DNA from: an uncultured Verrucomicrobiae bacterium
GTDB taxonomy: Bacteria > Verrucomicrobiota > Verrucomicrobiia > Chthoniobacterales > Terrimicrobiaceae
Assembly (NCBI GenBank): GCA_963706955.1
Contig: CAVPOC010000002.1
Span: 32,001 to 96,000, forward strand
Direction: 5' to 3'
Length of the DNA: 64,000 nucleotides
A model generated the notes under the pieces. It searched no databases. It was not told the DNA's origin and saw nothing but the letters and a program-made list of their open reading frames with translations. Shown piece after piece: positions 19,701-29,853 of the stretch. The position numbers and the translations under genes are program-made. Within the stretch, counting starts at the first letter, position 1, and the number at the start of each line of letters is the position of its first letter.

Positions 19701-20885
19701 CTAGGTGCCAGCCTGAACGGCCTCTTTGGGGGCAACATTGAAGGACCAGCGGGCCTCTGCCTTCCTCCCATTCACCGTCGCGCCAACGATGACTGTTACC
19801 TGGCCGGCAAAAAGCTTCTGTGTCAGCTTGTAGGAGACGAGCTTGGTGGCCGGGTCGTAATTAGCGGGCACCAAGCCGACGCCGCTGATGCGCATGGTCA
19901 CGCTCTTCGGATCGACGTTCCCAAAAGCCGCTATGTTGGCTTTGATCTCAGGACTTGGGTCGGAAACGGTCTCTCCCTCCATTGGCTGGGTTACCATGGT
20001 GACGGCGGCGGGCATGGCGGCGCCCTGTCCACCACCTTCCACGGAGCCAGTGAAGCTCGCGGCCTGCTCGAACACCTTCGGCTTATTTGACTCGATGGCG
20101 TATCGGCCGATTATCGTCGCCTCAGCTGCATTTCCGATACGTTGCCCATAGACGGTAAAGCCGACCTCGTAGCCAGCCTGCTTTACAGCTTCGCGCACCA
20201 CCTCGCTATGGAGTCCATAAGGATACGCGATGGCCTTGACCTGAATGCCGAGGTTCTGCTCGAGAGCCTGCTTGGAGCCTGCCAGCTCATTCTTTAGCCA
20301 TGCTGCATACTGCTCGTCGTTCTTTCCCTTCCGCGCGTTCAAAGCACTATGCGTGACCGTGTGGCTTTGGATATCGACACCGGCATCACGCATCTCTGCC
20401 AACTGCTGCCAGCTGATCGATTGGCCACCGGACTTGACGCCACCCTTCACGTAGTCGGTATAGATGAACATGGTGAACGGATATCCGAATTTTTTCAAAA
20501 TCGGCCATGCGACCGAATATCCCGAAATATAGCCGTCATCGATGCTGATGATCGCCGATTTCGGAGGAATGCTCTTCTCGCCACGTCTCCAGGCAAGAAA
20601 GTCAGCCATCGGTATCACCGTGATGCCATTGTCCTTCAGCACTTGCAGCTGGGTCTCGAATTCGGAAGGTTTAATAGCCAGACTATCCTTCGGCCTGTCC
20701 TCAAATCGGTGGTAACAGAGAACGATCACTTCCGAGTTCAAGTCGACCGGTTCGGGGGTCGCTGCCGGTGTCGGCGTTGGACTTACTTCAGCGACCGCAG
20801 CGGCGGCCTGCGGCTTCTTCTTGCAGCTCGAGAAGACGCCCGGGAAGAGGAGACCGACGGCAAGGAGCGCAAGAAAAAAACGCAT
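19701..20885 (-). CDS. Polysaccharide deacetylase (CE4/NodB) lipoprotein
   Basis: Lipobox-like FSSC; LCYH, SIDDG, QSHTVTH, AYPYG motifs. Confidence 0.9.
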   Translation of the reverse strand: MRFFLALLAVGLLFPGVFSSCKKKPQAAAAVAEVSPTPTPAATPEPVDLNSEVIVLCYHRFEDRPKDSLAIKPSEFETQLQVLKDNGITVIPMADFLAWRRGEKSIPPKSAIISIDDGYISGYSVAWPILKKFGYPFTMFIYTDYVKGGVKSGGQSISWQQLAEMRDAGVDIQSHTVTHSALNARKGKNDEQYAAWLKNELAGSKQALEQNLGIQVKAIAYPYGLHSEVVREAVKQAGYEVGFTVYGQRIGNAAEATIIGRYAIESNKPKVFEQAASFTGSVEGGGQGAAMPAAVTMVTQPMEGETVSDPSPEIKANIAAFGNVDPKSVTMRISGVGLVPANYDPATKLVSYKLTQKLFAGQVTVIVGATVNGRKAEARWSFNVAPKEAVQAGT

Positions 20886-20927
20886 TTCTTTCCGATAGCA
20901 GCCGTGAACCGGTTTGCAACCCCGCTT

Positions 20928-21614
20928 TCAGCTCGGTTTGCGGTTTCCTGGACGAAGGAACGCGCCAAGCTGCTTCTTCATAGCCTCGCGCACCGAGAGA
21001 TAATGTCCCTCGGGTGTGCCGCCCTTACGGATAGCCCGAAGCAGATCCGTGAGGCTCAGATCTTCAAGGTCAAAGTGAGTGAAGCTCACCGCCACCGCAG
21101 AGGCGTGATGAGCATCGCTCGAAGCAGTCATCGAGAGATCCCGACCCGTCGCATACGCCAATGCCTGGTCATTGAAATCCTTTCTTGCGGCGGCGTTGAA
21201 AACTTCAATCGCCTTAAGGTCCAGCGTGTCGAGAACATCTTCGGGAATTCCGGCTCTCCAGTGATCGTAGGGATGGGAGGGAATCGCCACGCCGCCACGG
21301 TCTTCGATCGCCCGAAAGACCTCCGCCACAGGTTGTCCACGCATGTTGGGGAGGAGGGTCCCAATGCAAAGCAGATGACCTTGCGCCGTTGACACCTCCA
21401 CCCCCGGAACAACCAGAAATCCATGGGCTGGAAGGCCATCAGCTCGTTCAAGTTCATTTTCGATGAGATACTTATGCACATCGCAGGTATCATGATCCGT
21501 TATGGCGATACCGCTCAAGCCTCGCGACCGCGCCGCCTCGATCAACTCCTCCGGGCTGCTGGCTGCATCCGACGAAAAGAACGAATGGACGTGAAGGTCA
21601 AATCGATGAACCAT
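20928..21614 (-). CDS. PHP-domain metal-dependent phosphoesterase
   Basis: DLHVHS, AITDHD, GVEVS, SHP, SSDAH. Confidence 0.9.
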   Translation of the reverse strand: MVHRFDLHVHSFFSSDAASSPEELIEAARSRGLSGIAITDHDTCDVHKYLIENELERADGLPAHGFLVVPGVEVSTAQGHLLCIGTLLPNMRGQPVAEVFRAIEDRGGVAIPSHPYDHWRAGIPEDVLDTLDLKAIEVFNAAARKDFNDQALAYATGRDLSMTASSDAHHASAVAVSFTHFDLEDLSLTDLLRAIRKGGTPEGHYLSVREAMKKQLGAFLRPGNRKPS

Positions 21615-21672
21615 GAGGCAAGCCTGTTTCCTTTTGACGAAAATGCCCGCTAGAAGGTGAATTATAGTTTGT

Positions 21673-22215
21673 ATGCACGCCGCTTTCAAAGAATGGGCCA
21701 TTATTTGTGAGGCGCTCGGCAGGGGCCTCCAAAGCGTGATCCTTCGAAAGGGCGGAGTTGCTGAGGGTAAAACTGGTTTTGCCTTCCGCCACAATGAATT
21801 TCTCCTCTTCCCGACTTGGTTTCACGAACAATTAGAAAGAACCACGCTGCCTCAGGACACTCCCATACCGGACGAGCCCGGTGAACAACTGGAGTTGCGC
21901 TACACCGCGCACATCGAGTGGAGTGGACTCATCGCCGATCGGCGAAAGCTGGCGCGCTTGCGAGAGCTTCATGTCCTTCGGGACAACGTGGTCGAAGAAC
22001 GCTATCAATATAGCGATACTCAAGGAGTCCATGTGGCCTTTGTTCGAGTCTATCGGCTCGAGCCGCCTCTGCGACTCAAGAATGAAAAGAAATACGGCGG
22101 ATGCCGTTCATGGGTAGATCTCCCGGAAATGGAAGGTAGCGTTTTGGTTTCCGTGATAAGTGACGAAGAACATCAGCGGCGCAGAGAACTGCTCGAGAGG
22201 CTGCTGAATCCCTAG
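21673..22215 (+). CDS. DUF1802 family protein
   Basis: AFKEWA..LRKGG..LFPTWFHEQ..YGGCRSWV. Confidence 0.85.
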   Translation: MHAAFKEWAIICEALGRGLQSVILRKGGVAEGKTGFAFRHNEFLLFPTWFHEQLERTTLPQDTPIPDEPGEQLELRYTAHIEWSGLIADRRKLARLRELHVLRDNVVEERYQYSDTQGVHVAFVRVYRLEPPLRLKNEKKYGGCRSWVDLPEMEGSVLVSVISDEEHQRRRELLERLLNP

Positions 22216-22219
22216 AAGC

Positions 22220-22843
22220 CTAGGCGACCGCCAGCTCAATGGTCCGCTGGTCTGTCGCGATCTCGAAGAGAATGGGGACGTCGCAGATCTCCTCCAACGC
22301 TCGCCGGTTTGTCTCGGTGGCGACGTCGGCGATACCCGGTAGTGAGTTGAGAATAAGTCCGCGACATTCCTGGTCGTGTGCACGGATGCTCTCAATCGTC
22401 AGCAACGTGTGATTGAGACACCCGAGACGATTGGCCACGACCAGGAGCACGGGAAGTTTCAATAGCGCGGCGACATCGGCTGCCCTCAACTTGGCCGTCA
22501 CCGGCGTGAGCCATCCCCCTACCCCCTCGACGAGCAGGGAGCGCCGTCTGCTTCGATGATGCCGAAACCACCTCTCCAATTCACCAATGTCCAGCTCTCG
22601 ATTCTCAATGCGCGCCGCGACCATCGGCGCCACGGGAGAGGCAAGCCAGATAGGATTCGCGGCGTCGGCAGAGAGTTCATTTTCCGACGCATCGCAGAGA
22701 GCCTCGACGTCATCACGCGAACCGCAGCAGATCGGTTTCAGCCCGACCGTGTCTAGGCCAGCGCGTCGCAAGGCGCGAGTGAGCAGAGCAGTGACGTAGG
22801 TCTTACCGACCGCAGTGTCCGTCCCGGTGACAAAGTAATTCAT
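22220..22843 (-). CDS. bioD: Dethiobiotin synthase
   Basis: FVTGTDTAVGKT, KP, VEGVGG, LGCLNHT. Confidence 0.95.
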   Translation of the reverse strand: MNYFVTGTDTAVGKTYVTALLTRALRRAGLDTVGLKPICCGSRDDVEALCDASENELSADAANPIWLASPVAPMVAARIENRELDIGELERWFRHHRSRRRSLLVEGVGGWLTPVTAKLRAADVAALLKLPVLLVVANRLGCLNHTLLTIESIRAHDQECRGLILNSLPGIADVATETNRRALEEICDVPILFEIATDQRTIELAVA

Positions 22844-22861
22844 TGCAGGGAGCTGACCCTT

Positions 22862-23743
22862 TCAGGAACCAGCAGTGGAGGGTGATCCAGGTTTTTCAGT
22901 AGCTTGCCGGGTTGCCTCCAAGAATACCCGTTCGAGTGTCAGCTTTGGCCTTCGAGCTTCTAACAACTTCGCGCCGGAGACAGACGCCAGGGCGGCGATC
23001 TTTTCGGTGAGATCCGCGGGAGCATCCTGGATGAGGTATTCCATCTGGTCTTCAATGGTGACCAGTTCAGCCACGCGCCCTTCACTGATCATCGATCCGC
23101 GGGACATAATTCCAACGCGATCGCAAACTTCCTGTGCTTGCTCGAGCAGATGCGAAGTCAGCAATACGGTCTTGCCGCGCTTTTTCAGCTCGAGAATGAG
23201 ATCGCGGATTTGATGTGAACCGGCCGGATCAACGCCCGCGGTGGGCTCATCAAGGACAATCAGCTGCGGATCCTGGATCAGCGCCTGAGCCAGACCGATC
23301 CGTTGGAGCATTCCCTTCGAATACTCGGCAACCCGACGGTGCCGCGCCCCTTCAAGTCCGACCAGCGAGAGGAGCTCTGCAATCCGTGCCGTGAGCTTTC
23401 GGCCGCGGAGTCCGCAAATTCTGCCGTAGAACTGCAATGTTTCCTCCGCGGTGAGGAACTTGTAAAAGTAAGGATTCTCGGGCAGGAAGCCGACACTCCG
23501 ATGGCTGCGATAGTCACGGCTGTCGACGCCAAAGATCATCGTCTTCCCGTGGGTCGGAGTAGCCAGGCCCAAAAGGACCTTTAGAGTGGTGCTCTTGCCG
23601 GAGCCGTTGGGCCCCAGCAACCCATAAATCTCGCCCGACGCGATCTCGAGGCTGAGATCGTTTACCGCCACGACCCGTTGCCGCCGGAGAGGCAAAGGGT
23701 AATGTTTGCTCAGTCGCGAGATGGAAACGGCCGGGACGTTCAC
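22862..23743 (-). CDS. ABC transporter ATP-binding protein
   Basis: GPNGSGKST, YSKGMLQR, LDEPT. Confidence 0.93.
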   Translation of the reverse strand: MNVPAVSISRLSKHYPLPLRRQRVVAVNDLSLEIASGEIYGLLGPNGSGKSTTLKVLLGLATPTHGKTMIFGVDSRDYRSHRSVGFLPENPYFYKFLTAEETLQFYGRICGLRGRKLTARIAELLSLVGLEGARHRRVAEYSKGMLQRIGLAQALIQDPQLIVLDEPTAGVDPAGSHQIRDLILELKKRGKTVLLTSHLLEQAQEVCDRVGIMSRGSMISEGRVAELVTIEDQMEYLIQDAPADLTEKIAALASVSGAKLLEARRPKLTLERVFLEATRQATEKPGSPSTAGS

Positions 23744-24012
23744 TAGACGATGCGAAAACCCTTGAAGGGACTTGCGAGCTCGATTTCGGTCGCGCGCTCC
23801 GCGGTAATGTGTCCACCTAACGTACTTTCGCGAATGGCGCGAAGAAACGCGGAGACCTCGTCATCTGCACCACTCACCTGTAATTCCACGCGCCCATCGG
23901 CCAGATTGCGGACCCATCCGGAAATGTCGTAGCCGTGAGCAATTCTTTTGGTAGTCCAGCGGAATCCGACTCCTTGCACATACCCCTCGTAAAAAACGCG
24001 GGTCGCTTTCAT
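23743..24012 (-). CDS. acyP: Acylphosphatase
   Basis: GYVQGVGFR, GWVRNLADGRVE. Confidence 0.93.
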   Translation of the reverse strand: MKATRVFYEGYVQGVGFRWTTKRIAHGYDISGWVRNLADGRVELQVSGADDEVSAFLRAIRESTLGGHITAERATEIELASPFKGFRIV

Positions 24013-25280
24013 TCTCGGATTTGGCCATCGCCCCGAATCAGATATTTGTAGCTGGTCAATTCCTCCAGGCCCATCGGGCCGCGGGCATGAAGTTTATCCG
24101 TGCTGATGCCGATCTCCGCGCCAAATCCGAACTCGCCGCCATCAGTAAATCGAGTCGAGGCGTTCCAATACACGGTCGCCGAGTCCACGCCATTGAGGAA
24201 CTTTTCAGCCGCCTCGGCGTCGCGGGTGACGATCGCATCGCTGTGGTGAGAGCCGTAGCGTTCCATGTGGTCGATAGCTTGGTTGAGATCGTCGACGACG
24301 CGCAGTGACATTATGGTGTCGAGGTATTCAGTGGACCAGTCCTTTTCCTCCGCTCGAACCAAAGGCTGATAATTCAATGTTGCGAGCTGGGCATAAGCGA
24401 TCTCGTCAGCTCGAATCTCAACACCCCGCTGCTGAAAGGCCGGTGCGGCCTCCTTGAGGAACTCCGCGGAAACGCCTCGATGAACCAGGAGCGTCTCCAT
24501 TGCGTTGCAGACCCCGGGTCGCTGGCATTTCGCATTGATGGCGATCCGCGTAGCCATTTCCAGATCCGCTTTTTCGTCCACATACACGTGGCAGATCCCC
24601 TGATAGTGCTTGATCACTGGCATTCGAGCGTGACTAACAACGGTTTCGATGAGCGAATGACCGCCACGCGGGATGATGAGATCGATGTATTGATCCATCG
24701 CCGCGACGATCGCCACGGCCTCCCGCTCCCTGGTGGGAATCAGCTGGACTGCATTCGCCGGCAGGCCCTTTGAAGCCCCGCCCGCCTGCAGCGCCTCCGC
24801 GATTGCCTGGTTCGAATTCAGCGCTTCGGAACCTCCGCGCAACACGACCGCGTTTCCTGTCTTGATGCAAAGCACGGCGGCATCGCTGGTCACATTGGGT
24901 CGCGATTCGTAAACGATGCCAATCACTCCGATGGGAGTTCTCACTTTTGCAATTCGCAGGCCGTTCGGCCGTGTCCACTCGCTAATCGTCTGTCCGACCG
25001 GGTCCTGGAGATCGGCAACGCGCCGGATGTCACCTGCCATCTCTGCGATCCGCTTCTCGGTGAGGCGAAGCCGGTCGATGGCGGCCTTGTTAAGACCATG
25101 CTCGGACGCGCCGGCAAGATCCTTCGCGTTGGCTTCGAGCAACTGCGGAGTCCGCGCAAGCAGCTCTTCGGCCATCGCGCGAAGGATGGCATTCCTGCGC
25201 TCGGTGGCCAGGCCTGCCAGCGATCGCGCCGCCACACGCGCCTTCGCACCGATCCCATGAATCTGTTGCTCGAGAGTCAT
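24009..25280 (-). CDS. proA: Gamma-glutamyl phosphate reductase
   Basis: YESRPNVT, LRGGSEA, CNAMETLL, NASTRFTDG, STDKLHARGP. Confidence 0.97.
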   Translation of the reverse strand: MTLEQQIHGIGAKARVAARSLAGLATERRNAILRAMAEELLARTPQLLEANAKDLAGASEHGLNKAAIDRLRLTEKRIAEMAGDIRRVADLQDPVGQTISEWTRPNGLRIAKVRTPIGVIGIVYESRPNVTSDAAVLCIKTGNAVVLRGGSEALNSNQAIAEALQAGGASKGLPANAVQLIPTREREAVAIVAAMDQYIDLIIPRGGHSLIETVVSHARMPVIKHYQGICHVYVDEKADLEMATRIAINAKCQRPGVCNAMETLLVHRGVSAEFLKEAAPAFQQRGVEIRADEIAYAQLATLNYQPLVRAEEKDWSTEYLDTIMSLRVVDDLNQAIDHMERYGSHHSDAIVTRDAEAAEKFLNGVDSATVYWNASTRFTDGGEFGFGAEIGISTDKLHARGPMGLEELTSYKYLIRGDGQIRE

Positions 25281-25282
25281 CG

Positions 25283-26380
25283 TCAGAGTGGAGGAGAATA
25301 GGCCAGACCATGCGCTTCCGCTACGGCTTTGCACGTCAGACGCCCGTCGTGAACATTTACGCCGCTGACCAACGCCGATTTGCGTCGGAGGCCCTCGGCG
25401 AGCCCAAAATCTGCAAGCGCCTCGATGTAAGGATAGGTCACGTTGGCAAGCGCCTGGGTGGCTGTTCGGGCATAGGCGCCGGGCATGTTGGTCACGCAGT
25501 AGTGGATAATTCCTTCTTCAATGAAGGTCGGATGATCGTGGGTAGTTGGACGCGAGCTCTCCGCGCAGCCGCCTTGATCGATGGCGATATCAACCAGGAC
25601 GCTTCCGGGCTTCATGCTCCGAAGCATTTCGCGCGAAATGAGCTTGGGCGCCCTTGCACCAGGGACCAGAACCGCACCGATCAGCAAGTCCACATTCGGC
25701 AGAAGTTCAGTGAGGCTCGCTTCGCTCGAGTAGAGCGTGTGGGCTGAATGCATGGTGATATCAAGAAATCGCATGCGTTCGAGATCCACCTCAAGGATCG
25801 TCACATCGGCCCCAAGTCCGGTGGCCATGCGCGCGGCATTGATTCCGCTGCTGCCGCCGCCCAAAACCACCACGCGTCCCGGCAGAACTCCAGGAACACC
25901 GCCCAACAGCACGCCCTTGCCTCCATTGTGCTTGGCGAGAAAGTACCCGCCAACGAGCACGGACATTCGCCCGGCTATTTCGCTCATTGGCTCCAGCAGC
26001 GGCAAGCGGTGATCGACTTCTACGGTCTCGTATGCAATGCAGGTCGCCCCGGTGGCGAGCAGACACTCAGTGAGTGGCCGGTTGGCAGCGAGATGGAGAT
26101 AAGTGAAGAGAACCTGACCTTTGCGCAGCAGCTTACACTCCGACGCCAGCGGCTCTTTGACCTTCACGATCAGATCAGCGGTGGCAAAGACTTCCTCGTG
26201 TGTCGAAGCTACTTTTGCTCCGGCAGCCTCATAGTCGCTGTCGTCGAAACCGAGTGCCGCCGCAGCATTGCTTTCGACCACTACCCTATGGCCGCGTTTG
26301 ACGAGCTGGTGGACAGCGGCGGGCAATAAAGCGACCCGGAACTCCTGTTCTTTAATTTCCCTCGGTAGACCCACGATCAT
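25283..26380 (-). CDS. ald: Alanine dehydrogenase
   Basis: MIVGLPREIKEQEFRV, KVKEP, PMSEIAGR, AIDQGGC, NMPGA. Confidence 0.95.
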   Translation of the reverse strand: MIVGLPREIKEQEFRVALLPAAVHQLVKRGHRVVVESNAAAALGFDDSDYEAAGAKVASTHEEVFATADLIVKVKEPLASECKLLRKGQVLFTYLHLAANRPLTECLLATGATCIAYETVEVDHRLPLLEPMSEIAGRMSVLVGGYFLAKHNGGKGVLLGGVPGVLPGRVVVLGGGSSGINAARMATGLGADVTILEVDLERMRFLDITMHSAHTLYSSEASLTELLPNVDLLIGAVLVPGARAPKLISREMLRSMKPGSVLVDIAIDQGGCAESSRPTTHDHPTFIEEGIIHYCVTNMPGAYARTATQALANVTYPYIEALADFGLAEGLRRKSALVSGVNVHDGRLTCKAVAEAHGLAYSPPL

Positions 26381-26460
26381 GTCGTCAATATCTTCAGCAG
26401 GCTCCTTTGCGACAAGTTCTTTGCCTTGACAAGAAAATGGAGTAATGAGTCCCAGAACGA

Positions 26461-27312
26461 ATGATCGCGCCTCGAGTTTTGGTCTTCCTGGCGTTGGGCT
26501 GCGCCACGGCCTCATTCGCCCAGGAGCCGGTTGATCAAGAACGGGAGGCGGCCTCTGAGGATTTCATGCGCGACGAATCGGGCGTCAATGAGATCACTGC
26601 CCCTTCCATAAAACAGATACTCCAAGAATTCAGTAGCTTCGGCCCTGTCCCCCTCGACATTATTGCCGAAAATCCACGCGGCGCGGTTTACGACAACAGA
26701 CTTCAAACCTCGCTGCACATTGGCGCCCTGGTCGCCGATGGATTCATGCTAACCATTGCAGAGCGCTCCCAGGACATTCAAGACATCGGTCGCGCGCTCA
26801 TCCGACAGTCGCGGGCGCTCGGGGTGGGAGACAGGTTGACCAAACGAAGCAAAAGCCTCTTCGAATACAGCGAAAAGGGAGACTGGCCGGGAATGCGTGA
26901 AGAACTTATTCGCGCCCAAGCGGACGTTGAGAAGTCCATGCTCGACCTTCACGATGAGCAGATGTCTCACATGATTAGCCTCGGCGGTTGGCTTCGCGGG
27001 TTTCAGCTCGCAGCGAACAGCTGCTCACAAAATTACACTCCGGACCGAGCCCTCGTGCTGGGCCGAGTCGAAATCATGGACTACTACATCGACCGGCTCG
27101 ACACCCTGCATCCAAGACTCAAGAAAACCGAGTTTGTCTCTACCATGACCTCCCGAATCAAGAGTCTGCGCGACCTTGCCGCGGAGGCACAAGGCCGACC
27201 TCCCACCGAGGCCGAAGTAACGAAGATGCGGGACCTGGCGAACGCTATTGAATCGGTCGCGCTTGGCCCGGTTGACAGCGACGGGAAGATCCTTTCTTCC
27301 TCGACGCGGTGA
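26461..27312 (+). CDS. Exported alpha-helical hypothetical protein
   Basis: Signal peptide; stop overlaps the next start (GTGA). Confidence 0.75.
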   Translation: MIAPRVLVFLALGCATASFAQEPVDQEREAASEDFMRDESGVNEITAPSIKQILQEFSSFGPVPLDIIAENPRGAVYDNRLQTSLHIGALVADGFMLTIAERSQDIQDIGRALIRQSRALGVGDRLTKRSKSLFEYSEKGDWPGMREELIRAQADVEKSMLDLHDEQMSHMISLGGWLRGFQLAANSCSQNYTPDRALVLGRVEIMDYYIDRLDTLHPRLKKTEFVSTMTSRIKSLRDLAAEAQGRPPTEAEVTKMRDLANAIESVALGPVDSDGKILSSSTR

Positions 27313-28967
27313 GCATTCCTTCCCCACGTCGATTTCTCGCCGCGGTGGATGAGGCCAGCGTGCGAACGTTCCGCGGAGTGGTAGATCGGTTTCTAGACGA
27401 AACGCACCAGCGATTTCCAGAGTCGGCCAGCCGGCTGGGACTCGACGAGTTCAATGCGCGTCTGGGTCGCAACGACGAAAAATCCTACCGCGCGCAGATT
27501 CGTCTGCTCGAGGGGACGCTTAACATGATCGAAAGGATGCCGGAGGCCTCTTTTAGCGGCGACGACTGGCTCGATCGGCGCGCTTTCCTCGCGATGATTC
27601 GCACGGAGTTGCTCAATGCCAGAGACCTTGAGCGCTGGCGTAACAACCCCCAAATTCATTGCGACGCCGCGGTCGAAGCCATCTTCGACCTCGTCATCCG
27701 CCATACTGAGAATCTGGCACCCGTCTTGCCAGCCATCGAGTCACGGCTGGCCAAGCTTTCAGACTACCTAGCGGCTGGCGCTGCCTGCGTGAAGAATCCA
27801 GTCCCTCTCTGGAGCAAGCTGGCGCGCCGCTCTTGCGAAGGCGCAACGCAATTTCTTCACGAAATCGAGGCCGAACTCCTTCGTCACTCGCGCTTTCCCG
27901 CCACCACGAAACGTCTCTTGAATGCGGCTGGTGCAGCCTTTGCCGCCTACGCGGATGCGATCTCGAAGAAACCGACCGGAGAGGCCCGCGGCTACTGCAT
28001 CGGCCGCCGGAATTTTGAGTTCCTGATGCGGGAGCGACTTGGCTTTGATTCCACACTGCCCGAGGCCTTGGCCAATGGTCGACGGCTGATCGAGCAGACG
28101 CGGTATCTTCTCCAGCGCGAAGCCGCACGCCACGGATCGAAGGATGCCCGGAGAATGCTCGAGGAAGCCGCGGCCCGCTGGACGCCCCGACGTCAACTCA
28201 TCGAGGAATATGAAAGGACTACCTCTGCGATCAAGAGCCGGCTTGCCGAGCTCGGAATCGCCACGCTCCCACGGGGCGAATCGTTGAAAGTTCTGCCTGC
28301 TCCACCATTTTTGCGGCACCATTTTCCAACTGCTGCCTACAACGCCCCTCCCCCGTTCTCCGAGAAGCAAGAAGGAATCTTCTGGGTCAACGATCTAAGC
28401 CTCGGGATGGCCGCTCCAAAAAAGAAGCTGGCCGAGATTCGCCAGCATTTCGGTCTCGAGCTTACCAGCGCTCACGAGGCTTACCCCGGCCACCATCTTC
28501 AATTCGCGATTCAAAACCGGCACCCGAGCAAATTGCGACGGCTTTCCGGACACTCGATCTTTTACGAAGGCTGGACGATGTGGTGCGAACACCTCGTAGT
28601 GGAGCGCGGATTGGTTCAGGGGCGTTATGCTCGTCTCCAGCAAATTCATGATGCCCTCTGGCGGGCTCATCGCATCGTCATCGATTGCGGTCTGCACGAC
28701 GGTTCACTAAGCTATGAAGGCGCCTGCAAAATGTTAGTCAAAGGGGTGGGGTTTACCAAGGCCCGCGCGATGGGGGACGTCAATTGGTACACGAGTTCTC
28801 CGACGGTGCCGATGAGTTACCTCCTGGGAAGGATCGAAGTGCAAAAACTTCATCATCGCTTCGTCGAGCGTGACGGCTGGACGCTCCAGCAGTTCAATGA
28901 CTGGATTCTCAGCCATGGCGCCATTCCCTGGAGCTGGATAATCCGGGCGCATGATCAGCGTGCTTAG
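27309..28967 (+). CDS. DUF885 family protein
   Basis: HEAYPGHHLQ, FYEGW, WRAHRIVIDCGLH, SYLLG. Confidence 0.9.
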   Translation: MSIPSPRRFLAAVDEASVRTFRGVVDRFLDETHQRFPESASRLGLDEFNARLGRNDEKSYRAQIRLLEGTLNMIERMPEASFSGDDWLDRRAFLAMIRTELLNARDLERWRNNPQIHCDAAVEAIFDLVIRHTENLAPVLPAIESRLAKLSDYLAAGAACVKNPVPLWSKLARRSCEGATQFLHEIEAELLRHSRFPATTKRLLNAAGAAFAAYADAISKKPTGEARGYCIGRRNFEFLMRERLGFDSTLPEALANGRRLIEQTRYLLQREAARHGSKDARRMLEEAAARWTPRRQLIEEYERTTSAIKSRLAELGIATLPRGESLKVLPAPPFLRHHFPTAAYNAPPPFSEKQEGIFWVNDLSLGMAAPKKKLAEIRQHFGLELTSAHEAYPGHHLQFAIQNRHPSKLRRLSGHSIFYEGWTMWCEHLVVERGLVQGRYARLQQIHDALWRAHRIVIDCGLHDGSLSYEGACKMLVKGVGFTKARAMGDVNWYTSSPTVPMSYLLGRIEVQKLHHRFVERDGWTLQQFNDWILSHGAIPWSWIIRAHDQRA

Positions 28968-28976
28968 CTAAGCCGC

Positions 28977-29012
28977 GCGACGACACCTGTAGCGCCGGTG
29001 TCGTCGCTACAG
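28977..29012. terminator. Hairpin between convergent genes (terminator or REP-derived)
   Basis: 11-bp stem GCGACGACACC/GGTGTCGTCGC; alternative stem CTGTAGCG/CGCTACAG. Confidence 0.55.
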
Positions 29013-29022
29013 ATTACAAACT

Positions 29023-29757
29023 TTATCCGTTAGCTCTATGGCTTAGAAACCAAGAGTACAATTCCGCATTGTTATATGTTTCGGTCCATGAGTCATGGGC
29101 CGCGTGCGGATACACCGTCAATTTGACGTTCCCTCCGCATTCGCGGAGAGCGTCGACGAGCCGCTGTGATTCACTGAGGGGCACAACGTCGTCGAGGGCG
29201 CCGTGAAATGCCCAAACCGGAGTATGCTTCAGTCTTTCCACTCTCTTTGGAAAGCCGTGGAAGACTATTCCCCCACCGCAGATCGGAGCAATGGCGGCAA
29301 AGCGTTCCGGCCAAAGCGCGCCCAAGTACCAGGAGCCGTATCCACCCATGCTCAAGCCGGTCAGATAAAGCCGCTTAAGATCGACGGGAAGAGTTGTTCC
29401 GCAGTGAAGAAGGAGTTGATCAAGCCCATCCGCCAACTCCGGCCACCATGTGTTCCAAGGACACTGCGGTGCAATAACGATGAAGGGAAAATTGGGATGC
29501 TGCGCCACATACAGCGGGAGCCCGTGTCGCAAGACAGTGGATGGATCCTTCCCCGACTCACCAAGCCCGTGCAGAAACAGGATGGTTGGGAAGTGCTCGT
29601 CCCGGCTGCCGTGCACCCGCTCAGGAACATACTGCAGGTAATTCAAACCAAGAGCTCTTGAGACCCGTAACTCTTGTCGCATTACCTTGATCAGAACGTC
29701 TCGCTCCTCTGAGGCGCCTCCACTCGGCGGCTCCGATGGCGCTGGTTCCGCAGGCAT
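29023..29757 (-). CDS. Alpha/beta hydrolase (phospholipase/carboxylesterase-like)
   Basis: LFLHGLGE, GLSMGG, AFHGALDDVV, HDSW; start uncertain. Confidence 0.9.
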   Translation of the reverse strand: MPAEPAPSEPPSGGASEERDVLIKVMRQELRVSRALGLNYLQYVPERVHGSRDEHFPTILFLHGLGESGKDPSTVLRHGLPLYVAQHPNFPFIVIAPQCPWNTWWPELADGLDQLLLHCGTTLPVDLKRLYLTGLSMGGYGSWYLGALWPERFAAIAPICGGGIVFHGFPKRVERLKHTPVWAFHGALDDVVPLSESQRLVDALRECGGNVKLTVYPHAAHDSWTETYNNAELYSWFLSHRANG

Positions 29758-29853
29758 GCACGCATTGTGCGCGGGCGCTGCGCCAACGGACAAGCCAGAT
29801 TTCCCAACGAAGCTGTCGGGAAGGAGGCGGTCTTCTCCTCAGGAGACCAAGGA

